Part shown: piece by piece, positions 31,951 through 41,139 of the stretch
Position numbering within the stretch: position 1 is the stretch's first letter
How the letters are laid out: each line of letters begins with the position of its first letter
Assembly: GCA_964387795.1 (NCBI GenBank)
Contig: CAYLYP010000009.1
Span: 998 to 64,997, forward strand
Direction of reading: 5' to 3'
Source of the DNA: an uncultured Bacteroidales bacterium
GTDB taxonomy: Bacteria > Bacteroidota > Bacteroidia > Bacteroidales > UBA7960
DNA: 64,000 nt
The notes under the pieces: generated by a model
Seen by the model: only the letters and a program-made list of their open reading frames with translations
What the model was told of the DNA's origin: nothing
Databases searched by the model: none
Program-made: the position numbers and the translations under genes

Positions 31951-33585
31951 TTACATCATGCCGCCCATACCGCCCATTCCTGGGTTCATTGGCATTTCAG
32001 GTTTGTCTTCCTTAATCTCTGCCAATACACATTCTGTTGTTAATAACATACCGCTGATTGATGCAGCGTTTTCAAGTGCAACGCGGGCAACTTTAGTAGG
32101 GTCAATAACCCCAGAGTTGAAAAGGTTTTCAAATTTCTCTGTGCGGGCATTAAAACCAAAGTCATCTTTGCCTTCTTTTACCCTCTGAACAATGATTGAA
32201 CTTTCGATACCTGCATTTTCAACAATGGTACGTAAGGGTGATTCCAAGGCCTTTTTAACGATGGCAATACCTGTTGTTTCATCTTCGTTCTCTCCTTTAA
32301 GGTTTTCGATGGCTTCCAATGCCCTGATGTATCCGATACCACCACCAGGGATGATACCTTCTTCAACGGCTGCACGGGTTGCATGAAGTGCGTCATCGAA
32401 ACGGTCTTTTTTCTCTTTCATCTCAACTTCGCTTGCGGCACCTACATAAAGCACTGCTACCCCACCAGCGAGTTTTGCAAGGCGTTCCTGTAATTTTTCA
32501 CGGTCATAATCACTTGTTGTGTTTTCAATCTGTGCTTTGATTTGATTTACACGTGCAGTGATTAAGTCCTTTGTCCCTTTTCCACTGACAATGGTTGTGT
32601 TGTCTTTATCAATAGAGATTTTTTCTGCCTGGCCTAATTGTGATAAGTCTGCGTTCTCAAGTTTATAGCCTTGCTCTTCTGATATTACTGAACCACCTGT
32701 CAGGATTGCGATATCTTCAAGCATTGCTTTTCTGCGGTCACCAAATCCAGGAGCTTTTACAGCAACGATTTTCAATGAACCACGTAACTTGTTAACTACT
32801 AATGTTGCGAGAGCTTCGCCATCAACATCTTCTGCAATGATTAAAAGAGGACGTCCTGTTTGAACAACTTTCTCAAGGATTGGAAGGAAATCCTTCATGG
32901 TTGAGATTTTCTTGTCGTGGATAAGGATAAATGGATTTTCATATACAGTTTCCATTTTATCGGTATCAGTTACAAAGTAAGGAGAGATAAATCCACGGTC
33001 GAATTGCATCCCTTCAACAAGTTTAACACTTGTTTCTGTTCCTTTTGCTTCTTCAATGGTGATAACGCCTTCTTTTTTTACTTTGCTCATCGCTTCTGCA
33101 ATGAGTTTACCAATTGAACTATCGTTGTTGGCTGATATAGTTGCTACCTGTTCTACTTTATCATAGCTGTCGCCAACTTCTGTTGATTGTTTCTTTAAAT
33201 GTTCAACAACTTTCTCAACAGCTTTTTCGATACCGCGTTTCAAATCCATTGGGTTTGCACCGGCTGTTACGTTTTTTAATCCGTTATTAAAAATTGCCTG
33301 AGCAAGTACAGTAGCAGTGGTTGTTCCATCACCTGCAACATCAGCAGTTTTAGAAGCTACCTCTTTTACCATTTGGGCTCCCATGTTTTCAACTGCATCT
33401 TTCAACTCGATTTCTTTTGCAACACTTACACCATCTTTGGTGATTGCAGGTGCACCGAATTTTTTGTCGATAATTACGTTGCGGCCTTTTGGTCCCAAGG
33501 TTACTTTTACTGCATTTGATAAAGCGTCAACACCTACTTTAAGCTTGTTCCTTGCTTCAAGGTTAAACAAAATTTCTTTTGCCAT
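31951..33585 (-). CDS. groL: chaperonin GroEL
   Basis: MAKEILFN…[14 protein letters not shown]…[12 protein letters not shown]…, C-terminal GMGGMGGMM. Confidence 0.99.
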   Translation of the reverse strand: MAKEILFNLEARNKLKVGVDALSNAVKVTLGPKGRNVIIDKKFGAPAITKDGVSVAKEIELKDAVENMGAQMVKEVASKTADVAGDGTTTATVLAQAIFNNGLKNVTAGANPMDLKRGIEKAVEKVVEHLKKQSTEVGDSYDKVEQVATISANNDSSIGKLIAEAMSKVKKEGVITIEEAKGTETSVKLVEGMQFDRGFISPYFVTDTDKMETVYENPFILIHDKKISTMKDFLPILEKVVQTGRPLLIIAEDVDGEALATLVVNKLRGSLKIVAVKAPGFGDRRKAMLEDIAILTGGSVISEEQGYKLENADLSQLGQAEKISIDKDNTTIVSGKGTKDLITARVNQIKAQIENTTSDYDREKLQERLAKLAGGVAVLYVGAASEVEMKEKKDRFDDALHATRAAVEEGIIPGGGIGYIRALEAIENLKGENEDETTGIAIVKKALESPLRTIVENAGIESSIIVQRVKEGKDDFGFNARTEKFENLFNSGVIDPTKVARVALENAASISGMLLTTECVLAEIKEDKPEMPMNPGMGGMGGMM

Positions 33586-33639
33586 AGTTGTATGTTTTTT
33601 TTATTTTTTTACTCTTGTTTGTTTGTGTTGTATTATCTC

Positions 33640-33918
33640 TTAGATAATTGCGTATATGTCCGACTCGCGCATGATCAGGTAATCGTTCCCATCTACTGAA
33701 ATCTCAGTGCCGGAATATTTGCCATATAATACATTATCGCCCACTTTAACGGTCATTGGCTCATCTTTTTTACCTGTGCCAACTGCTATTACGATGCCCT
33801 TCTGTGGTTTTTCTTTTGCAGTGTCTGGAATAATAATTCCACCAGCAGTTTTTTCTTCTGCCTTCGCTGGCTCAACAAGTACTCGGTCTGCTAAAGGTTT
33901 GATATTTACGTTAGCCAT
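33640..33918 (-). CDS. groS: co-chaperonin GroES
   Basis: [12 protein letters not shown]…[18 protein letters not shown]…[14 protein letters not shown]. 54 nt upstream of groEL. Confidence 0.98.
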   Translation of the reverse strand: MANVNIKPLADRVLVEPAKAEEKTAGGIIIPDTAKEKPQKGIVIAVGTGKKDEPMTVKVGDNVLYGKYSGTEISVDGNDYLIMRESDIYAII

Positions 33919-34053
33919 TTTTGTGTGTTTAAATGTTAAACAATATTTATTGATGTGTTTTCTTTTTCAACGATTCTTTTTCCGTCATAATGTGTGCCAA
34001 ACCATTTTTTTGAATCATTTTAAGACATTATTTCATGTTTAAAGGTTTGTTCC

Positions 34054-34089
34054 CAAAAAAAAATGTCAGACTGCATGACAATCTGACAT
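34054..34089 (-). terminator. intrinsic terminator of secG
   Basis: The minus strand reads ATGTCAGA-TTGTCATGCAG-TCTGACAT followed by T9. Confidence 0.85.
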
Positions 34090-34110
34090 TTTATTCTGCT
34101 TTCTGATACC

Positions 34111-34467
34111 TTAGTTACTTTCAGGTTGAGCTGTTGGGGTTGTAGCCGGCTCAGCTTCTGGTGTGGTTTCAACAGGGCTTTGTGTGCTGGCTGGTATCTT
34201 TAACTCAATCTGTGGGTCTTCCTTGGTGTTTTTTGAACCGCGTGGAATTACAAAAGCTGATGCCAATGTTAATACCAACAAGGCAACTGCAATTGTCCAG
34301 GTCGCTTTTTCAAGAAAATCTGTGGTTTTTCTTACACCCATAATCTGGTTACTGGATGAAAAATTACTTGCAAGACCGCCCCCTTTTGAGTTTTGAACCA
34401 ATACAATTAGTATCATCAATACACAGGTGATGAGTATCAGAACTGTTAAAAAAATGTATGCTCCCAT
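34111..34467 (-). CDS. secG: preprotein translocase subunit SecG
   Basis: ILIVLVQNSKGGGLASNFSSSNQIMGVRKTTDFLEKATW, two TM segments, P/E/T-rich tail. Confidence 0.9.
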   Translation of the reverse strand: MGAYIFLTVLILITCVLMILIVLVQNSKGGGLASNFSSSNQIMGVRKTTDFLEKATWTIAVALLVLTLASAFVIPRGSKNTKEDPQIELKIPASTQSPVETTPEAEPATTPTAQPESN

Positions 34468-34470
34468 TAT

Positions 34471-35421
34471 TTATTCAGGTTTATTGATTTGATTTTTCAG
34501 CAACTTAATTTTTTCTGCAAAGTAAGTGCTTTTTTCTGGAATTTTCAAACATAATTTTTCGTATGTGTCAATTGCCTTTTCAAAATTTCCCTGACGGGTA
34601 TAAATCAAGGCCAATGTTTCGCTTACCAACTGGCTGTCATCATGAACACTGCTGACCGCTAAGTTCTCTACTTCCGGTGGTAAATCTTTTTTTGCCACGA
34701 TTCTTGGTTCTTCTTCTATAAACTTATCTATTAGATGTGTATAGCTTGGCTTTTTTGTTTTCCTTTGCTTTTCTTCCTGGCTTTTTTGATTTGCTTCGCT
34801 TTGTTTTTCCTTGTTTTTTTCTTCTTCTATTTCTTTTATCCTTTTTTGTACCTGGTCAACAAGGAGTTGTTTTCTTTCATCGGTGCTCAGGTCTCCTGTT
34901 GGATGTGGATTGGGTGACAATGGAATAAATGGCTCTTGTGGCACTGCTTTTATAACAACAATTTCTTTTTTCTTGTCTCCTGTTTCTTGCGCTTCTTCTT
35001 TTTCTATTGTTTCTGGGCTTATAACAGATCCTGTTGTTTCTTTTATTTCTTCACGAGACTCATTTGCCTCATTTTCTGCCTCTTCTTTTATTTCATGGGA
35101 GGCTTCTTTTACTTCAATCACAGGGGGAACAGGTTCCTGGGTTTTTTCCTCCGCAACTTCTGTTACTTCTATCTGTTTTAGTGGTTGAAATCCTGCTGAG
35201 ATGAGTTTTTGGAATCGCCTCCTGTCTTGTGCATAAGCTGATGCTTTTTTTACCTGTAACTCAAAGGCAACCCTTTCCCCTCCATCCATGTTTTTTGCTA
35301 ACAGCATCTGTGCAATTTGCATATATGGATAGTCTTTACAAACATCCTGCAAAAACAGAAATGTTTTTGTATTAAGTAGTTCAGGCTTAACTGTAAGGTC
35401 TTTAAAGAGTTGCTTTTCCAT
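34471..35421 (-). CDS. hypothetical protein with an acidic E/K/P-rich linker and a C-terminal TPR-like helix pair
   Basis: 316-aa ORF abutting secG (3-nt gap). C-terminal LALIYTRQGNFEKAIDTYEKLCLKIPEKSTYFAEKI. Confidence 0.65.
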   Translation of the reverse strand: MEKQLFKDLTVKPELLNTKTFLFLQDVCKDYPYMQIAQMLLAKNMDGGERVAFELQVKKASAYAQDRRRFQKLISAGFQPLKQIEVTEVAEEKTQEPVPPVIEVKEASHEIKEEAENEANESREEIKETTGSVISPETIEKEEAQETGDKKKEIVVIKAVPQEPFIPLSPNPHPTGDLSTDERKQLLVDQVQKRIKEIEEEKNKEKQSEANQKSQEEKQRKTKKPSYTHLIDKFIEEEPRIVAKKDLPPEVENLAVSSVHDDSQLVSETLALIYTRQGNFEKAIDTYEKLCLKIPEKSTYFAEKIKLLKNQINKPE

Positions 35422-35433
35422 TTTAATAGTGTA

Positions 35434-35955
35434 CTACCAGTTTACCACAGATTTATTAAAAATATCATCTACAAGGGCTTCTGTGATTTGTTTTATGGCA
35501 TCCGCCTCAATGCTTGGCAATGATAAACTGCTATCAAAGTCATAATATCTTGAAAAGGTCTGATCAAAATCTTGTTTTGGGTCTTTTTCGTTTGTGAATT
35601 TAACCCTGACTGCAATTGTTAATCGGTTTTGAGAAGCAACATCCCCGCTCTGGATTGCAACGGGCTGCGTTCCATAGGATGTAATTGCTCCTTCAAAATT
35701 TAGGTCACCACCATTGTCAACCAATGTAAGACTTGTTTGCGAAATAAATTTATCTTTCAGGGCTTCGGTAAAAACCTGGCTTAAGGTGGGCTGAACCAAT
35801 GGTGCCTGGTTTGGAAAATATAATATTGAAACCGTCTTTACATCTGGTGCAATTGATGCCCCGGTAAAGCTGTATATCCCGCATGAAGCCATGACAATAA
35901 GCCCCAGAACGGAAATAATTGTTGCTATACCTTTGCGCTTTTTGCTCCTTTTCAT
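35434..35955 (-). CDS. lptE: LptE-like LPS-assembly lipoprotein
   Basis: MKRSKKRKGIATIISVLGLIVMASCG lipobox. Size and position (sigma-54 activator-lptE-x-secG) fit Bacteroidota lptE. An alternative ATG lies at 35970. Confidence 0.6.
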   Translation of the reverse strand: MKRSKKRKGIATIISVLGLIVMASCGIYSFTGASIAPDVKTVSILYFPNQAPLVQPTLSQVFTEALKDKFISQTSLTLVDNGGDLNFEGAITSYGTQPVAIQSGDVASQNRLTIAVRVKFTNEKDPKQDFDQTFSRYYDFDSSLSLPSIEADAIKQITEALVDDIFNKSVVNW

Positions 35956-35989
35956 TTTTATGACTTGCATCGTTTTAGGGTTTATACGT

Positions 35990-37276
35990 TTATTCGTCTG
36001 TCAGGTTTCTTTCATCAAGATTATATTCTTTTATTTTTCGGTATAAGGTCCTTTCCGAAATCCCAAGTTCTTTTGCTGCTTTTTTGCGGCGGCCTTTATG
36101 TTTATCTAATGCTTTTTTTAATAATTCCATTTCTTTTTTTTCAAGTGAAAGGGATTCATCAATAAAATCTGTTTCCTCTTCAAAGGATTCAATCACATGC
36201 TCATGGGGTTTAACAGTAGTGTTTATTTCTATGTCGGACTGTTTGGGCATAACCTTCATCGCTGAAGTTTCATGATATATTGTTTCGGGATGAGTGGGTT
36301 CCTGATCCCAATAAGTCTGTTCAACATCTACCTTTGGCCTTACTCCATAGGCTACCTGTTTAATGACATTTGTCTCTTTCCTGAGCTCCGCAATTTCTTT
36401 TCGCATGTCAAATAGCAAGGTATAGAGCAATTCACGTTCCGAAAAATCACTTTCTGCCCTGATGTCTTTTGCCAATACGGGTAATTGGTTTTCTTTATGG
36501 GCTGGAATATATCTTGCAAGGATTTCTGCATCTATAGAGCGGTTTTGTTCTATCACCGATATTTGTTCGACCATATTTTTTAACTGGCGAACATTACCCG
36601 ACCAATGATAGTTTATTAACATCTGCTGGGCTTCGTAATTTAGTTGAAGCATTGGCATTCTGTATTTCTCGGCAAAATCGGAAGCAAATTTTTTAAACAA
36701 TAAAATAATATCTTCTTTTCTCTCGCGTAAAGCAGGAATAATAATCGGAACTGTGTTTAAACGGTAATACAAATCTTCCCTGAATTTTCCCCTGTGGATG
36801 GCTTCAGTGAGATTGACATTGGTGGCGGCTACTACCCTTACATCTGTTTTTTGAACTGCCGACGAACCTACCTTTAAAAATTCTCCGCTCTCCAGCACCC
36901 TGAGTAAGCGTACCTGGGTCAATAATGGTAGTTCAGCTACTTCATCCAAAAAGATTGTGCCCCCGTTTACAACTTCAAAATATCCTTTACGGGCTTCGTG
37001 GGCCCCTGTAAATGAACCTTTTTCGTGACCAAAGAGCTCTGAATCTATTGTGCCTTCTGGGATTGCTCCACAGTTAACTGCTATGTATGGGCCATGCTTA
37101 CGGGCACTCAACTGGTGAATGATCTTTGGAAAAGACTCTTTTCCTGTTCCACTTTCTCCTGTTATCAATACCGTAATATCTGTCGGGGCTACCTGACGGG
37201 CTATGTCTATTGCTCTTTCCAATAGTTTTGAATTTCCAATGATACCAAATCTTTGTTTGATGGCAGAGATATCCAT
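35990..37276 (-). CDS. sigma-54-dependent transcriptional activator lacking a receiver or sensor domain (AAA+ plus Fis HTH)
   Basis: The AAA+ domain starts about 30 aa from the N-terminus (GESGTGKE, GSFTGA, ELPLLTQVRLLRVL). C-terminal KKAAKELGISERTLYRKIKEY. Confidence 0.9.
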   Translation of the reverse strand: MDISAIKQRFGIIGNSKLLERAIDIARQVAPTDITVLITGESGTGKESFPKIIHQLSARKHGPYIAVNCGAIPEGTIDSELFGHEKGSFTGAHEARKGYFEVVNGGTIFLDEVAELPLLTQVRLLRVLESGEFLKVGSSAVQKTDVRVVAATNVNLTEAIHRGKFREDLYYRLNTVPIIIPALRERKEDIILLFKKFASDFAEKYRMPMLQLNYEAQQMLINYHWSGNVRQLKNMVEQISVIEQNRSIDAEILARYIPAHKENQLPVLAKDIRAESDFSERELLYTLLFDMRKEIAELRKETNVIKQVAYGVRPKVDVEQTYWDQEPTHPETIYHETSAMKVMPKQSDIEINTTVKPHEHVIESFEEETDFIDESLSLEKKEMELLKKALDKHKGRRKKAAKELGISERTLYRKIKEYNLDERNLTDE

Positions 37277-37425
37277 TATCTTATGTTGTTTTTTATGGTG
37301 CCATTTCGCTATTTTATAAAAAAACTGTCAAAATGGCTGCTTTTTGCAAAAATACCACTTAATTTTAAAAAAAATGTCAGAAATGCCCTGCTTTTGTGTA
37401 AAAAGTGTTAAGGCATACTTGTAAA

Positions 37426-37555
37426 TAGGGTCTGATGAAAAAAGCTAACGCAAACAAGATGTAAACATATTAGCTCTTCCCTTGTATGCGATATTATGAA
37501 ATGACATTATAAAAAATATACATCCTGCCTGTTAAGTGTTTTTCAGCAGACCCTA
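37426..37555. mobile_element. MITE-like element, copy A (130 bp)
   Basis: Imperfect ~25-bp terminal inverted repeats TAGGGTCTGATGAAAAAAGCTAAC … GTTAAGTGTTTTTCAGCAGACCCTA, with TA at both ends. Homologous to copies B and D. Confidence 0.55.
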
Positions 37556-37637
37556 AGTAAGCACTTAATTGTATCTGATTTGAAATGGATTTAATTCGCC
37601 TATAAGGATTTTTTTTATAAAACCTATGCCTCAGTTA

Positions 37638-38552
37638 TTAATCCGGCTCAATAAAACTAAGATATGCCTTATTGGCTTCGACAATAAGCCTGATTTCATT
37701 CCCCATAATTAATGGAAGGTTAAGATCCTGATGCCCGGCAGGGAAACCAAAACAAACAGGATAATCATAAGTACTTACTGCATCTGAAATAATCTCAAAA
37801 GCATTTTTACCAAATGGGATTGCATTGTCATGCATGTCTGACATGCTTCCAACAATAAGGCCTTTAAGCTTGGATAATTTGCCTGATCTCTTAAACGAAA
37901 CCATCATCCTGTCTATATGATAAAGATATTCGTCAAGGTCTTCTATAAAAAGGATTTTATTATTTGTGTCAAGATCTGATTCAGAGCCTATAAGGCTATA
38001 TAATACTGATAAATTACCCCCTACCAGTGTTCCCTGTGTAGTTCCAATACGGTTTAGGGGATGGGGGTTTACGGTATAATCAGGTTTAAGCCCAAATAAT
38101 GTAAGATGAAGTGTGGTTAATGCATTGATGCCTTCAGGTGAATTGGCAAAGGTAAGGGGCATAGGTGCATGAAGGGTTTTCACACCTGCATTTTGATGAA
38201 TATGTGAATGTAATACTGTAGTATCACTAAAACCTACAATCCATTTGGGATGGGTTTTTAAAGCCGAAAAATCTATATGTTCAAGTATTCGGACTGTGCC
38301 ATAGCCTCCCCTTGCACAAAAGATGGCTTTGATGTCTTCGTCCTTGAGCATTGCCTGAAAATCAGATGCCCTTACTTTGTCATTCCCCGCAAACTGATTG
38401 TCCTCTTCATAAAGCGATGGCGATAGCCTTACCTCCAGCCCCCATGACTTGATAATGTTAATGGCTGATAATAGTTCTTCGGGTTTCACTTTCCTTGCGG
38501 TTGCTGTGATGCCTACTTTATCCCCTGTTTTTAGTGGCGCCGGTGTTATCAT
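37638..38552 (-). CDS. LD-carboxypeptidase (peptidase S66)
   Basis: VGITATARKV… with nucleophile motif GFSDTTVLH. Size 304 aa. Confidence 0.85.
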   Translation of the reverse strand: MITPAPLKTGDKVGITATARKVKPEELLSAINIIKSWGLEVRLSPSLYEEDNQFAGNDKVRASDFQAMLKDEDIKAIFCARGGYGTVRILEHIDFSALKTHPKWIVGFSDTTVLHSHIHQNAGVKTLHAPMPLTFANSPEGINALTTLHLTLFGLKPDYTVNPHPLNRIGTTQGTLVGGNLSVLYSLIGSESDLDTNNKILFIEDLDEYLYHIDRMMVSFKRSGKLSKLKGLIVGSMSDMHDNAIPFGKNAFEIISDAVSTYDYPVCFGFPAGHQDLNLPLIMGNEIRLIVEANKAYLSFIEPD

Positions 38553-38814
38553 AAGCCATCTTTGTTTTTCAGGTTTTTATTATCGGATATTCGATACAAG
38601 TGCTAAATTAACAAAAAAAAACCTTTAAAACGAAAACATTTTAAAAATTGAGTTTCATTGAATGTTTTTGTTCCCCTTAAAGAGTTTGATATATTAATTT
38701 TCGAAAAGGAACAGGCTTTCCATTTCTGTATAGATAATCATAATTCAAATCCAATTGTTGCTGATTCAAAGGTAATCAACCCAAATTGAGAAGTAATGCT
38801 TTTTAAAATATATA

Positions 38815-38848
38815 TTGTTAAATGCTGTTTTTCAGCAAACCCTGCTTA
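38815..38848. repeat. solo terminal-repeat fragment of the MITE-like family
   Basis: TGTTAAATGCTGTTTTTCAGCAAACCCTG compared with CTGTTAAGTGTTTTTCAGCAGACCCTA. Confidence 0.4.
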
Positions 38849-38939
38849 TGGTTTCTAATGATATTTATATCATTTCTTGTGTTTGGCCGGTAACTATTAA
38901 TATAAGATTGGACCTGATACTTCTTTTGTATTGAAAACA

Positions 38940-39818
38940 TCAAAAAAGATATTTTGCTATGCTGATTGCGGAAGAAATTATTATCAGGGTTCCAACAAGG
39001 GCTGTGAGCATCTTTTTTTTCATTTTTACAGATATAAGTGCCCCAAAAGGAGCAGCTATTACACCGCCCAATATCAGTCCGATTACGATATCCCAGTTTT
39101 CGATTCCCACAAAAAACAAAAAAATGCCTGCACTTACAAAGGTGATAAAAAACTCAGCTGTGTTGACTGTGCCAATTGTTTTTGATGGGTTGTTCCCCTG
39201 AACAATAATATTTGAAGTAACAATTGGGCCCCATCCTCCTCCGCCTGTTGCATCAAAAAAGCCGCCAAACAGTGCTAAAGCTTTTACATGTTTGGGCTCT
39301 TTTAAAACGGAAGCTTTGTTAAATATGCCTTTGATAAATATCAGTATCCCAAGTATCAACAGATAGGCTGCAATATATGGTTTTAAGATGTTCCCGTCAA
39401 ACACATTGCTGATAAGATAGGCTCCTGCTATTGAGCCTGCTATTCCTGGCAGTATTAGCTTTAAAAATAGTTTTTTATCAATATTGTTTAATGCAAGGTG
39501 AGATATGCCCGACACCCCGGTAGTAAATACTTCGGCAGTATGAACAGCAGCTGTTGCCATTCGGGGAGGGATGCCAAGAAATAATAAAAAAGAAGAACTG
39601 CTTACACCATAAGCCATTCCCAGCGAACCATCAATAATCTGCGCAGCAAAACCAATTAGGCAATATACTAAAAAGCCTGATCCGGCATCACTTATAGCCA
39701 GGCTTATACCGGTTCCCGAGTTAATGGCGAGTATTACTATTAAACTGACAATAAGCACTATGATAGCTATGATAATGTGCCAGCTTTCAATCAGGTTGTT
39801 TTGAAGGCTTCGTGTCAT
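38940..39818 (-). CDS. TauE/SafE (DUF81) family membrane exporter
   Basis: About 8 TM segments with the duplicated G-rich pattern (…DGSLGMAYGV… / …DATGGGGWGPI…). Confidence 0.8.
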   Translation of the reverse strand: MTRSLQNNLIESWHIIIAIIVLIVSLIVILAINSGTGISLAISDAGSGFLVYCLIGFAAQIIDGSLGMAYGVSSSSFLLFLGIPPRMATAAVHTAEVFTTGVSGISHLALNNIDKKLFLKLILPGIAGSIAGAYLISNVFDGNILKPYIAAYLLILGILIFIKGIFNKASVLKEPKHVKALALFGGFFDATGGGGWGPIVTSNIIVQGNNPSKTIGTVNTAEFFITFVSAGIFLFFVGIENWDIVIGLILGGVIAAPFGALISVKMKKKMLTALVGTLIIISSAISIAKYLF

Positions 39819-39930
39819 CCCTGAATTTTTTTAAGCTATAAAAGTAATATTTTTTTGTAACTCTATCTTTCTTACTGCAATCAGGGAGGATAAAAAATAA
39901 TTATGCCTTATAGACCAAAATATTGAAAAT

Positions 39931-39958
39931 AAAAAAACCGGGCGCTGACAACGCCCGG
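39931..39958 (-). terminator. intrinsic terminator of 39991..40578
   Basis: The minus strand reads CCGGGCG-TTGTCAG-CGCCCGG followed by T7. Confidence 0.8.
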
Positions 39959-39990
39959 CATTCGTGTGTTTCTGTTTTGGTTAAACCAAA

Positions 39991-40578
39991 TTATTTTTTA
40001 GGAGAAAATGCAAGTAAATCGTTCTGGATTGTAGCTGCTTTTTCTTTTAATGCAGTTACTTTTTCCATTGCTGTCATGAAGTCACCATTGCTAACAAGGG
40101 TGTTTACTTCTGCGATAGATGATTCCATAACTGTGATTTCGTTCTGGATAGTTTCTAAAGCTGCTTTGTTTTTAGCGTTAGCAACGATTTTTCCAAAAGC
40201 GTCTTTTTCTTCAGTTACAATTGTATTTACTTCAGCTACTAATGCTTCAACCTGAGTGCGTACTTCTGCTTTGCGGGTTTCTGCAGTTACTTTTAAGCTA
40301 TCAGCAGCGGTAGTGATAACGTTTAATTTTTCAACGAATGGTTTGTAATCACGTTTTCCAAATGATTCTTCTTTCTGTGCTTCGATACCTGCTAAAGCTG
40401 CAGTTAATGAATCATTCAATGCTGTGAATTCTGCTGCCATGTAACGGTCTGCTTCAACTGCTTTTGCTGCTTCAATAGCTGCCTGAGCTTTTTCAATTTC
40501 TACGGTTGGAGCTTGTTTACATGAACTCATTGCGAAAACCATCATTAATGCTGCTGCACCTAAAATAATCTTTTTCAT
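39991..40578 (-). CDS. Ala-rich coiled-coil lipoprotein, hypothetical
   Basis: MKKIILGAAALMMVFAMSSC lipobox followed by heptad-like A/E/K-rich sequence. Confidence 0.65.
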   Translation of the reverse strand: MKKIILGAAALMMVFAMSSCKQAPTVEIEKAQAAIEAAKAVEADRYMAAEFTALNDSLTAALAGIEAQKEESFGKRDYKPFVEKLNVITTAADSLKVTAETRKAEVRTQVEALVAEVNTIVTEEKDAFGKIVANAKNKAALETIQNEITVMESSIAEVNTLVSNGDFMTAMEKVTALKEKAATIQNDLLAFSPKK

Positions 40579-40665
40579 TGTCTGTTTTTTTAATTGGTTT
40601 GTTTTTATGTTCTTTGTTTCGTGGCCATTTAAAACTTTTGGGCTTTTAACGGCGATCTTAACTTT

Positions 40666-40680
40666 CCAATTCGCGTGCCA
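40666..40680 (-). promoter_or_regulatory. candidate sigma-54 (-24/-12) promoter
   Basis: The minus strand reads TGGCACG-CGAA-TTGG versus the consensus TGGCACG-N4-TTGC, with one mismatch at the -12 C. It lies about 90 nt upstream of ATG 40578. Confidence 0.35.
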
Positions 40681-40994
40681 CAGTTTTTAAGTGTCACTAA
40701 AACAGCATTATAACAAAAATGCTGATTTTTTATTGCCTAATTATTAAAGAAAACTGTTTTTTACCTTATTGCCCTGTCTATTATCACTATCAGGGCTTTT
40801 TCGATGATTTTTACCTCCTGGCCCAAACTGCATCACTGTAAGATTTTTTTACAATGTGTAAATTTTCTTTACACTTTTACTTCCTAAAGTGTATTTTGAT
40901 TGTAATTTGGGTGCGCATTGAAAGTCTTTAAAACTGTAAATGCAGGATAAAAATGTGAAATTGCATAAAAACACTATAAGCCTGTGGAAACTTA

Positions 40995-41137
40995 ACTTAT
41001 GATAAAATAAAGGCTTATAATGACAAGACACTGATATATTCGCACACAAGGAAATAAATATCCTTTCATTCACTATAAAAATAAATGAACTGTATTGGTT
41101 ATATATCCTTCTGGTTAAGTGTTTTTCAACAAATCCT
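40995..41137. repeat. MITE-like element, copy D (diverged, left end decayed)
   Basis: Right end ATATATCCTTCTGGTTAAGTGTTTTTCAACAAATCCTGA aligns with copy A. Internal AAGGAAATAAAT and ACAAGA…ATT.GCAC blocks align with copy B. Confidence 0.45.
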
Positions 41138-41139
41138 GA

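Noticed and set aside
33984-34000. TTGGCACACATTATGAC upstream of groES (minus strand), considered as a sigma-54 promoter
   Set aside because: The -12 element reads ATGA instead of TTGC at the required spacing. A heat-shock operon is also not an expected RpoN target.
34735-35188. Several plus-strand ORFs (60-125 aa) rich in F/S/C
   Set aside because: They lie antisense to the GAA/AAG-rich low-complexity linker of gene 34471..35421 and are an artefact of the composition.
40849-41073. 74-aa minus-strand ORF
   Set aside because: It overlaps the decayed MITE-like copy D, has no signal of coding potential, and sits in a repeat-rich spacer.
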